Below, piece by piece: positions 35,517-43,214 of a stretch of 64,000 nt of DNA (position 1 is the stretch's first letter; the number at the start of each line of letters is the position of its first letter). Location of the stretch: contig CAZNOC010000001.1 of the NCBI GenBank assembly GCA_964574545.1, positions 3,245 through 67,244 on the forward strand, read 5' to 3'. The stretch comes from an uncultured Bifidobacteriaceae bacterium. GTDB lineage: Bacteria > Acidobacteriota > Vicinamibacteria > Vicinamibacterales > UBA2999. The position numbers and the translations under genes were made by a program. The notes below the pieces were generated by a model. It saw only the letters and a list, made by a program, of their open reading frames with translations, was not told the origin of the DNA and did no database searches.

Positions 35517-36718
35517 TGCGGGTCTGCTTCTTCAATCGATCCTACTGGCCGGACACGGGCGCGACCGGCCAGCTGCTTACCGAACTCGCGGAGGACCTGG
35601 CCGCGCACCACGGCATGGAGGTCACGGTGGTGACCGGCCGTCCCGTCGGCGTCCCCCGCGGCCAGCTGCCGGCACGCGACCGCCGTCGAGGGGTGACCAT
35701 CGTCCGCGCCGCCGGCACCGCCCGTCCACCTGCGCGCTTCGCGTGGCGGGCGATCAACTACGTCACCTACTTCCTGTCGGCCACGCTGGCGGGACGGCGC
35801 CTTCCCCCGCAGGACGTCGTCGTCGCGCTGACCGATCCCCCGATCATCGGGGTCGCGGCGCTCGCGTCACGGCGGCGGGGCGGGTTCGTGTTCTACTGCC
35901 AGGACATCTTCCCCGAAGTCGCCACGCTTCTCGACGACTTCAGGAGCGACGTGGTGAACGGTGTGCTCGAGCGCCTGAACCGCCTGCTCGTCGCGCGCGC
36001 GGATCGCATCGTCGCGCTCGGTGACACGATGAAGGCGCGCCTCGTGGAGGGTAAGGGCGCCGATCCTGCCAAGGTGGTCGTCATTCACAACTGGGCCGAT
36101 CCCGACGCCGTCACGCCGGGTCCGAAGCGCAACCGGTTCTCCGATGCCCACGGACTCGCGGAGCGGTTCGTCGTGCTCCATGCCGGCAACATCGGGCAGT
36201 CGCAGAACCTCGACGTGGCCATCGACGCGGCTGCGCGCCTCTCGCATCGAGACGATCTGGTGTGGCTGTTCATCGGGGATGGCACGAGGCGGGCACGCCT
36301 CGAAGCGATGGTGGCCGAGCGGGGTTTGCGCCATGTGCGCTTCCTGCCGTACCAGCCGCGCGAAGACCTGCGATGGACGTACGCGACGGCCGACGTGTGC
36401 CTGCTGTCGCTCAAGCCCGGCCTGGCCGGGTACATCGTTCCGAGCAAGCTCTATACGATTCTCGCGGCCGGCCGGCCGTATGTCGCCGCGGTGGAGGAGT
36501 CGTCCGAGGCCGCGGCCATCACGCGCGCTCATGCGTGCGGCATCCTGGTGCCGCCCGGGGACGGCGTGGCGCTGGCCGCCGCCGTCGAGGCCCTCGCGTC
36601 AGACCCGGCCGAGCGTGCCGCGATGGGCCGGCGCGCCCGCGAGGCCGCGTCGCAGTACGCCCGCGCGACCCAGGTGGCCAGGCACGCGGCCGTGATTCGC
36701 GAGGCCGCGCAGCGCTGA
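35516..36718 (+). CDS. glycosyltransferase family 4 (WcaI/WbuB-like)
   Basis: ATG at 35516 (TGATG). 'MRVCFFNRSYWPDTGATGQLLTELAEDL' and 'YIVPSKLYTILAAGRPYVA'. Confidence 0.8.
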   Translation: MRVCFFNRSYWPDTGATGQLLTELAEDLAAHHGMEVTVVTGRPVGVPRGQLPARDRRRGVTIVRAAGTARPPARFAWRAINYVTYFLSATLAGRRLPPQDVVVALTDPPIIGVAALASRRRGGFVFYCQDIFPEVATLLDDFRSDVVNGVLERLNRLLVARADRIVALGDTMKARLVEGKGADPAKVVVIHNWADPDAVTPGPKRNRFSDAHGLAERFVVLHAGNIGQSQNLDVAIDAAARLSHRDDLVWLFIGDGTRRARLEAMVAERGLRHVRFLPYQPREDLRWTYATADVCLLSLKPGLAGYIVPSKLYTILAAGRPYVAAVEESSEAAAITRAHACGILVPPGDGVALAAAVEALASDPAERAAMGRRAREAASQYARATQVARHAAVIREAAQR

Positions 36719-37317
36719 TGCTGAAGCGCGCCTTCGACATCGCACTGTCGTCGATCGGGATTCTGGCGTCCTCGCCGTTGTGGGTCGTGTTCGCCGCCGC
36801 CATCAAGCTCGAAGATGGCGGCCCCGTCTTCTTTCCACAGGAGCGGGTGGGACGCGGCGGCCGCGTGTTCCTGGCCTGGAAGTTCCGGTCGATGATCCCG
36901 GACGCCGAGCGGCTGACCGGAGCCGTGCAGGCGACGTCGAACGACCCGCGTGTGACGCGAATCGGCCGCTTCCTGAGAGCCACAGCCATGGATGAGCTGC
37001 CGCAGCTCTGGAACATCCTCCGAGGGGACATGAGCTTCGTCGGCCCGAGGCCGCTGCGTCCCGCTGAGCGGGACCGGACGGCCGACGGGGCGTGGCTTGC
37101 GCTGGACGAGATTCCGGGATACGAAGAGCGGCACCGTGTCCGGCCTGGCCTCACGGGCCTTGCGCAGGTCTACGCCCCTCGCGACGCCCCTCGCACGGAG
37201 AAGTTCGTGCTGGATCTCGAGTACGTGCGCCGCGCCGGCCTGGCACTGGACTTTCGCCTGGTCCTCAAGTCCGTCTGGATCACGCTGCGAGGGCGGTGGG
37301 AATCGACGGAGAAATAG
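36718..37317 (+). CDS. small monotopic phosphoglycosyl transferase (bacterial sugar transferase, PglC/WbaP C-terminal type)
   Basis: ATG at 36718 (TGATG). 'KRAFDIALSSIGILASSPLWVVFAAAIKLEDGGPVFF...WKFRSM...MDELPQLWNILRGDMSFVGPRP'. Confidence 0.9.
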   Translation: MLKRAFDIALSSIGILASSPLWVVFAAAIKLEDGGPVFFPQERVGRGGRVFLAWKFRSMIPDAERLTGAVQATSNDPRVTRIGRFLRATAMDELPQLWNILRGDMSFVGPRPLRPAERDRTADGAWLALDEIPGYEERHRVRPGLTGLAQVYAPRDAPRTEKFVLDLEYVRRAGLALDFRLVLKSVWITLRGRWESTEK

Positions 37318-37356
37318 GTGGCGCACGAACGCACGTGTCGGGCGGACATCGGTGGC

Positions 37357-37362
37357 TATAAT
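37357..37362 (+). promoter_or_regulatory. perfect TATAAT -10 hexamer upstream of the reductase gene
   Basis: TATAAT at 37357-37362 lies in the 79-nt gap after the sugar transferase gene, 35 nt before the ATG at 37397. No convincing -35 was seen. Confidence 0.3.
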
Positions 37363-37396
37363 GTGCGGGTTGCCGACCGTGCCTGAGACCTCATCG

Positions 37397-38563
37397 ATGC
37401 CGGATGTGCTCGTCGTCGGCGGCGGGCCCGCGGGGCTGTCGGCCGCGCGGGCGCTCGCCGACGGTGGCCGGCGCGTCGTGCTGGCCGAGGAGCACGGGGC
37501 TGTCGGAGAGCCGGTCCATTGCACCGGAGTGCTGGCGCGAGAGGCCTTTGCCGAACTCGGCCTGCCGGCGCACGTCATCCTCAACGAGCTGCTGACCGTG
37601 CGCTTTCACGCGCCGGGCGGGGCGTGTGTCGAGCACGAGACGCCGGACGTCGAGGCGGTGGTGATCGACCGCCGCGCGCTCGATGCCGCGCTTGCCGATC
37701 GCGCGCGCGCGGCGGGAGTGGATCTTCGCACGAGTTGCCGGGTCACCCACATCGAGCCGCACGCGCACGGCGTGACGGCCACCTTCGCCGGCGGCGCGAC
37801 GATCGAATCCCGAGCGATCGTGCTGGCGGCCGGCGCGAACTACACGTTGCAGCGCCGGCTCGGCCTGGGGCTGCCATCCGTCTTTCTGCAGTCGGCACAG
37901 CGCGAGTGGCCCGCCGCTCGCGGGGGAGACGTCGAGGTGTTCTTCGGCAACACCGTCGCTCCCAAGGGATTCGGGTGGATCGTGCCGGTCGCACGGCCGG
38001 AGGGCCCCCACGTTCGCGTGGGCGTCATGGTGGAACACGATCCTGAGCGGTACTTCACGGCGCTCGTGGCGCGCGCGCGGGACTCGTGGGGGATCGTCTC
38101 CGACGGCGAGCCACCGCGTCGCAAGATGCTGCCGCTCGGCTGCCTCACGCGCACCTACGCCGATCGGGTGCTCGTGGTCGGCGACGCGGCCGGCCTCGTC
38201 AAGCCCACGACCGGGGGCGGGATCTACTACGGGGTGGTGACCGGGCGGCTGGCGGCGGAGGTCCTCCTTCAAGGTCTCGAGTCGGACGCCCTGGGCGCAG
38301 GGGATCTGTCGGCCTACCAGCGGCAATGGCGGCGCCGTTTCCGTGCGGAGTTTGGCGCGCAGATGGCCCTCCGGATGCTCTCGCACCGGCTGACCGACGC
38401 CGACATCGACGGGTTGTTCGAACTCGCCCTGACCGACGGCGTGATGCCAATCGTGCGTCGCACCGCGCGGTTCAACCAGCACAAGCGGTTCATCCTGGAA
38501 CTGCTCAAGCACCCGCCCGCGCGCCAGGTCCTCTTCCGGCGGCTGACCTCGTCGGTGCTCTGA
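37397..38563 (+). CDS. geranylgeranyl reductase family FAD-dependent oxidoreductase
   Basis: 'DVLVVGGGPAGLSAARAL' dinucleotide fold, 'GDAAGLVKPTTGGGIYYG' (characteristic GGR motif) and 'PKGFGWIVP'. The start is ATG 37397 (alternative 37361). Confidence 0.75.
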   Translation: MPDVLVVGGGPAGLSAARALADGGRRVVLAEEHGAVGEPVHCTGVLAREAFAELGLPAHVILNELLTVRFHAPGGACVEHETPDVEAVVIDRRALDAALADRARAAGVDLRTSCRVTHIEPHAHGVTATFAGGATIESRAIVLAAGANYTLQRRLGLGLPSVFLQSAQREWPAARGGDVEVFFGNTVAPKGFGWIVPVARPEGPHVRVGVMVEHDPERYFTALVARARDSWGIVSDGEPPRRKMLPLGCLTRTYADRVLVVGDAAGLVKPTTGGGIYYGVVTGRLAAEVLLQGLESDALGAGDLSAYQRQWRRRFRAEFGAQMALRMLSHRLTDADIDGLFELALTDGVMPIVRRTARFNQHKRFILELLKHPPARQVLFRRLTSSVL

Positions 38564-38586
38564 CGCGCCTTCCGGTCGCGTCTTTC
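38562..38586 (+). terminator. hairpin plus T-rich tail after the reductase gene
   Basis: GACGCG (38562-38567) pairs with CGCGTC (38577-38582), with a 9-nt loop, followed by TTTC. It overlaps the TGA stop. Confidence 0.35.
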
Positions 38587-38632
38587 AACCCTTCGTTCTG
38601 GCGGTGCTGACGAGGGCGGAGCCCCGCGTGTC

Positions 38633-40015
38633 TCAGCGTTCTGCCGCGCGGCGGTAGGTGACAATCGCCGCGAGCGCGACGGCGAGCAGGGCATTGGCCG
38701 GCATCGTGAGCGGGATCTCCCACACGCTCAGCACGGCGAGCGCGACAAGGCCGCCGAAGGCCCCGAGGCGGAGCCAGAGCAGCTCGCCGCGTTCCTCGCG
38801 CATCCGCCGTGTCGCGAGTCGAAGGAAGGCGGCCATCGTTGCCAGCGCCGGCACGACCAGCAGGAGCCCGCCCTCGGCCGCGAGGTGAAGGTAGTGGTTG
38901 TGGGCGTGGTTGAAGTGAATCCGGCTGTCCAGGTGCGGCGCGAACGGGAGCGTCTCCTGGTAGGCGACCATCGCCATGCCGTAGGTGCCGGCGCCGGTGC
39001 CGGTGAGCCAGAAGTCTCTGATGAGCGGAAGCGTCTCCTGCCAGATGACCGCCCGTCCGCTCTCCATGCGATCGAAGCTTCCGAGGAACCGATCCGCCAT
39101 GGCAGGAACGTCGGCGACAACGGCGACGAAGATGAGGCCCCCTGCCACGAGGAGCCCAAACACGGCGGCCATTCTCGGATGCCACGCCCGCTTGCCGCCA
39201 CCCCACCACAACACGAGCACGGGGACCGCCAGGCCGATCACGCCCGATCGCGAGCGTGACAGGACCACGGCGGTGGCCATCATCGTCCAGGCGGCGGCCA
39301 TGGTCGGCGCTCCTGATTCCTGCACCCGTCGAAGCAGGTAGCGCCACGGGGCCGCCACGATGGGCCCGTCGAGTCGCGTTCGGAGCCGCGCCACCAGATA
39401 GCCGGCCACGAGCGCGGAGACCAGGACGAACCACGCCACCAGGTGGTTGCGGTTGACCACCGGGCCGAACGGCTGCGCCCCCCGTGCCTCCGCCGCCCAG
39501 AACCCGTAGATCAGCGACGGCGAGACGGCACGCTGAACGGCGGCCGCGACTGCGATGACGACGCCTGCCAGCGCGAGGACACGAGTCATGTGCCTCACGC
39601 CGCCCCTCGCAAAGACCGCGAGGGCCGCCTGATAGGTGAAGGCTGCGGCGACGAGCAGCGCCAGCGCGCGACCTGTGGCGCCCGCATCGAGCGACAGTGC
39701 CACGGCCGCTGATGGGCCGCGGACGAGGGCATCGGGACGCAGGAACATCTCCACATCCGCGGCCGAGGGTGTGAGAAGGGCGCGCAGCCCGGTCGGGAGC
39801 GGCACGCACTGCACGGCGACCGCCCCGACGAGGAGACCGAACGACAGGCGAAGCGGCCACTGGTCCGCGGAGTGCTGCCGGGAAGGCCGGTCTCCCAGGA
39901 GCCACACCCCTCCCGCGGCGCCGACGATGAAGGGGAGTGCCCAGGGATAGGCCCCGCCGAACGCCGCCAGCGTACCGATCAGGAGGACGCTCAGGGCGGG
40001 TCGCTGAAGGGCCAC
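38633..40015 (-). CDS. O-antigen ligase / Wzy_C family membrane protein (ligase or polymerase)
   Basis: About 11 hydrophobic segments. 'PVVNRNHLVAW', 'SRSRSGVIGL', 'LTGTGAGTY' and 'HAHNHYLHLAAEGG' are motifs typical of the Wzy_C family. Confidence 0.75.
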   Translation of the reverse strand: MALQRPALSVLLIGTLAAFGGAYPWALPFIVGAAGGVWLLGDRPSRQHSADQWPLRLSFGLLVGAVAVQCVPLPTGLRALLTPSAADVEMFLRPDALVRGPSAAVALSLDAGATGRALALLVAAAFTYQAALAVFARGGVRHMTRVLALAGVVIAVAAAVQRAVSPSLIYGFWAAEARGAQPFGPVVNRNHLVAWFVLVSALVAGYLVARLRTRLDGPIVAAPWRYLLRRVQESGAPTMAAAWTMMATAVVLSRSRSGVIGLAVPVLVLWWGGGKRAWHPRMAAVFGLLVAGGLIFVAVVADVPAMADRFLGSFDRMESGRAVIWQETLPLIRDFWLTGTGAGTYGMAMVAYQETLPFAPHLDSRIHFNHAHNHYLHLAAEGGLLLVVPALATMAAFLRLATRRMREERGELLWLRLGAFGGLVALAVLSVWEIPLTMPANALLAVALAAIVTYRRAAER

Positions 40016-40021
40016 GAGGCG

Positions 40022-42286
40022 TCAGGCCGCAGGAGCCTCGGCGTAGTAGCTCTTGTACTGGTGGCCGTAGTAGCGCGAGTAGTAGTAGCGGTTGCGTGCG
40101 AAGTCGACCTTGTTCAGCACGGCCACGATGGCCCGCGGGTTGCCGGACGCGAGCGTCTGCACGGCCCGCTCGGCGAGCTGCCACCGTGTCATCTCCGAGC
40201 CGATGACGAAGACGACGCCGGCCACCAGGGGCGCGACGATGACGGCGTCGGTGACGGCGAGCACCGGCGGCGTGTCGATGATGACCCAGTCGAACGGCCC
40301 GTTCTCGAGGCCCGTGACCAGCGCTCTCATCCGGTCTGCCGACAGCAGCTCCGAGGGGTTGGACGGCGTGCGGCCGGCCGTGATGACGAGCAGATTGGGG
40401 TCGTGCGTCCGCTGGACCACCTCGCGCATGCGAGCTTGGCCGGCGAGCAGTTGTGACAGCCCCCGATCGTTGGCCATGCGCAGCGCCTTGTGGACGCTGG
40501 GCCGCCGCATGTCGGCGTCCACCAGCAGCACCCGCGCCCCGCCCACCGCGAGCGCCATCGCCATATTGACGGCCGTCGTTGTCTTGCCCTCGAGCGGCTG
40601 TGCGCTCGTGACCGAGATCACCTTGGGGCCATCCCCGGTCGCCTGCGAGACGAGCGCCGTCCGCAGTGCGCGGAACGCTTCTCCGAAGTCGTGCGGCACG
40701 GGACCGGAGAGCAGCGGGTGGCGGTCCCCCCTCACCGACGGGACCAGGCCGAGGAAGCGCAGCTTCAGGCGCCGGCTGATATCTTCCGGCGTCTTCACGG
40801 TGTCGTCCATGTAGTCGAGGCCGAAGGCCACGGCGCAGCCGAACAGCGTCGCGAAGAAGAGGGCCATCATCCAGTCGCGCCGGTGGTTTGGCGTGAACGG
40901 TCCGCCGGGCACCTCGGCGCGATCGATGATGCGCACGTTGTTGGCGCGGCTGTTGGCGATGACCTGCAGTTCCTTCTCGCGCTGAAGCAGCGAGTTGTAC
41001 AGTTCCCGATTCGTGTCCGCCTCCCGCTCGATCACCGTGTAGTCGATGCGCTTGGAGTTCAGGTCCATCGCCGCGGCCTTCTGCTCGTCGAGCGCACGCG
41101 TCAACTCCCGCTCCTGCGCGGCCGCCGCCTCGTACTCGCTGCGGATGGTCTGCACGGCCCGGTCGATCTCGGCGGACAGCTGCCGCTCGGCGTTCGCGAT
41201 GCCGACGCGAATGGCTTCCATTTCCGGATGCCGCTCGCCGTACCGCTCGGCCAGACGCGTGCGGTCGCGTTCGAGATCGTTCAGCCGCCCCTTCAGCGTC
41301 TGGATGAACGGGTTCTGCACGATCGAAGAGATCGAGTCGCGGTCGTCGCCCGCCCGCTGAACCTGGCGCCAGAGCGTCTCTTTCTGGACGCGCTCGGTGC
41401 GGGCACGCACCGCCGAATCGTTGAGCTGATTCAGGCGCGAGACGACGATGTTCTGGTTGCTGTCGAGGGACAGTGCATTCTGCTGTTCCCGGTACTCCGC
41501 CAGCGCCCGCTCGCTCGCCTGCACCACCGCCTGCTGCCGCTGCCGTTCCTGGGCCAGGTATTCCAGGCTCTTCTGAACCTCCTGGACCTTGAACTCGAGG
41601 TTCTGGGTGACGTATTCCTCGGCGAGCGCGTTCACGGCGCGCGCCGCAAACACGGGGTCGGCGGCCTGAAACGAGATGTCCACAAGCCGGCTGCCCCGCA
41701 CGGGCTCCACGCCAATCCGGCCGAGAAGACCATCCACGTAGGCGCGTTCGGTGGCTGATTCGTCCTGCGCGGGCGGTTCCGCGGGCACACCGGTCTCGGC
41801 AGACGCAAACCACCGGAGCGGGGACGTCAGCGCCCGCTTGACCGACGTGATGCCCACGGCGAGCGGCGTGGGTTGTGCGCCCTGCCCGTTGAACTCGGGA
41901 ACGTTCTCCAGTTCCAGCGTCCGCGAGACCCGTCGCGCCAGCTCGCGGCCCCGGAGGATGCGGTACTGCGTCTGGAAGTAGATCTCGGGATCCTGCCAGA
42001 AGAGCGCCTGTGCCATGTCGCCGGCCGCGGCGGCGGCGAGGCCGGCAGACTCCTCTTCGATCATCAGGCGCGCCTGCGACCGGTACTGGGGGATCGTGGT
42101 GTAGCTGTCCACCATGAACCACGCCAGCACCAAGAGAAATACCGCCGCCACCGGCCGCCGGTGCTTGTGCACCACCGTGAGGCGATCGAGCAGGTGCGCC
42201 TCGCGGGGCTGCCCAACCGCAAAGGACTGGTGCGAGCCGGTACCCGGGGTGGTGCCCGACGGTGGGTGCGATGGGCCGTGGTTCAT
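40022..42286 (-). CDS. wzc: polysaccharide co-polymerase / tyrosine autokinase (PCP-2a, Wzc/GumC/EpsG-like)
   Basis: The ATG at 42286 overlaps the upstream stop. It has an N-terminal TM, a Wzz-like region and long coiled-coil stretches. Walker A 'EGKTTTAVNMA', 'VLLVDADMRRP' and Walker B 'DWVIIDTPPV' are present. The C-terminal 'NRYYYSRYYGHQYKSYYAEAPAA' has 8 Tyr in the last 23 aa. Confidence 0.9.
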   Translation of the reverse strand: MNHGPSHPPSGTTPGTGSHQSFAVGQPREAHLLDRLTVVHKHRRPVAAVFLLVLAWFMVDSYTTIPQYRSQARLMIEEESAGLAAAAAGDMAQALFWQDPEIYFQTQYRILRGRELARRVSRTLELENVPEFNGQGAQPTPLAVGITSVKRALTSPLRWFASAETGVPAEPPAQDESATERAYVDGLLGRIGVEPVRGSRLVDISFQAADPVFAARAVNALAEEYVTQNLEFKVQEVQKSLEYLAQERQRQQAVVQASERALAEYREQQNALSLDSNQNIVVSRLNQLNDSAVRARTERVQKETLWRQVQRAGDDRDSISSIVQNPFIQTLKGRLNDLERDRTRLAERYGERHPEMEAIRVGIANAERQLSAEIDRAVQTIRSEYEAAAAQERELTRALDEQKAAAMDLNSKRIDYTVIEREADTNRELYNSLLQREKELQVIANSRANNVRIIDRAEVPGGPFTPNHRRDWMMALFFATLFGCAVAFGLDYMDDTVKTPEDISRRLKLRFLGLVPSVRGDRHPLLSGPVPHDFGEAFRALRTALVSQATGDGPKVISVTSAQPLEGKTTTAVNMAMALAVGGARVLLVDADMRRPSVHKALRMANDRGLSQLLAGQARMREVVQRTHDPNLLVITAGRTPSNPSELLSADRMRALVTGLENGPFDWVIIDTPPVLAVTDAVIVAPLVAGVVFVIGSEMTRWQLAERAVQTLASGNPRAIVAVLNKVDFARNRYYYSRYYGHQYKSYYAEAPAA

Positions 42287-42804
42287 GAGACGGGACTGGC
42301 CGGTGCGCCCGGTTCCACGGAGAGAATGCCGAGACTCGCGGCGGAGCTGAGCGCGCTCGAGGTCGTGCTGCCAAGCCACCACCCGAACGTGCGGGTCCGG
42401 TCCGTCGACTGCACCAGCGTCTCGATGACCTCATTGGCGCCGATGGTCACGGCCTCGCTCAACGCCAGCACCGTGTCGTCGGCCCCCATCAACTCGACGA
42501 CGTAGGTCCCGGGCTCGACCGACCGGAACGCAAACCGTCCGTCGCCGTCGGCGAGCAGGCGCCGCACGACCTCGCCGGCGCGAAGGCTTCGCAGCTGAAG
42601 TCGCCCCTCCGGAAGCGGGGCCCGGTCGGGCCCGCGCGCTTCGCCGACGATGGCATTGGCGGTCGTCCCGTAGGCGGCGTTGGCGTCAAGACCCGCGGAC
42701 AAGCCGGGGCGCTCGCTTCGGACGAGGCCGGTCTGCTGCGCCAGGCCAGGCGCGGCCACGGTCAGCGCCACAGAGAGCCCAAGGAAGAGTGTTCGGAACA
42801 CCAT
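42283..42804 (-). CDS. small secreted protein with carboxypeptidase-regulatory-like (Ig-like) domain
   Basis: Signal peptide 'MVFRTLFLGLSVALTVAAPGLAQQ'. 'GRLQLRSLRAGEVVRRLLADGDGRFAFRSVEPGTYVVEL' resembles CarboxypepD_reg. Ser/Ala-rich tail. Translationally coupled to wzc. Confidence 0.6.
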   Translation of the reverse strand: MVFRTLFLGLSVALTVAAPGLAQQTGLVRSERPGLSAGLDANAAYGTTANAIVGEARGPDRAPLPEGRLQLRSLRAGEVVRRLLADGDGRFAFRSVEPGTYVVELMGADDTVLALSEAVTIGANEVIETLVQSTDRTRTFGWWLGSTTSSALSSAASLGILSVEPGAPASPVS

Positions 42805-42975
42805 ACTGACTACGTAGATTAGACTATCCCGTTAACAATGCAAGCAAGACTTGATCCGCCGCTATCGAGATAACTTAATATGACAAAATAGCCACATAAT
42901 GAAGCATCGTCGCACGTTGGCCTCGTCCTGTCAATGACGCCTAAGTGATTCTGTGCAATGTGATTACGTGATGAT
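42805..42975. promoter_or_regulatory. AT-rich divergent control region between the wzc operon and the PQQ-propeller operon
   Basis: I counted 39 G+C in the 100 nt at 42808-42907, against a far more GC-rich background. It contains TTGACA on the minus strand (42929-42934) and several A/T runs. No convincing ORF. Confidence 0.55.
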
Positions 42976-43214
42976 CGCCTGCCCGCTGAGTGCGCCGCGG
43001 AGCGACTGACGAGATTCTGCACGACTGCCACCGTTTGTAAGCGGCCGCGAGGCAGCATGGCCACCGTTGGGCGCGGGAGAGAGCTTGCGGGTAAACGTCC
43101 ATCGCCGGCCCTCCGTAACCCATTCATCCCCGGTCGCTTGACGATGGTCCGCTGAAGTCGCTATCGTCGCGGGATGGGGTCCTTCGACGCGCTTCCGACC
43201 TGTGTGAACCTACC

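Noticed and set aside
42283-42400. PEP-CTERM sorting signal in the small secreted protein ('SVEPGAPASPVS')
   Set aside because: The 'VEP' is not followed by a hydrophobic helix and a basic tail, and no exosortase gene is visible in the window.
38505-42434. 1309-aa ORF on the minus strand spanning the wzc and Wzy_C genes
   Set aside because: It is an alternative frame of the two well-supported genes. The translation is Arg/Gly/Ala/Pro low-complexity with no motifs, which is the usual long shadow ORF of a GC-rich genome.
42805-42975. AT-rich island as a mobile-element or genomic-island boundary
   Set aside because: There is no integrase or transposase, no tRNA, and no flanking direct or inverted repeats that I could see. 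The genes on both sides share the same GC-rich codon style.
42805-43214. JUMPstart/ops (GGCGGTAG) antitermination element in the leader of the wzc operon, and the 102-aa ORF 42819..43127
   Set aside because: I found only 'AGCGGCGG'-like fragments and no ops match in either orientation. The ORF spans the AT-rich non-coding island, has no motifs or RBS, and has atypical codon composition.
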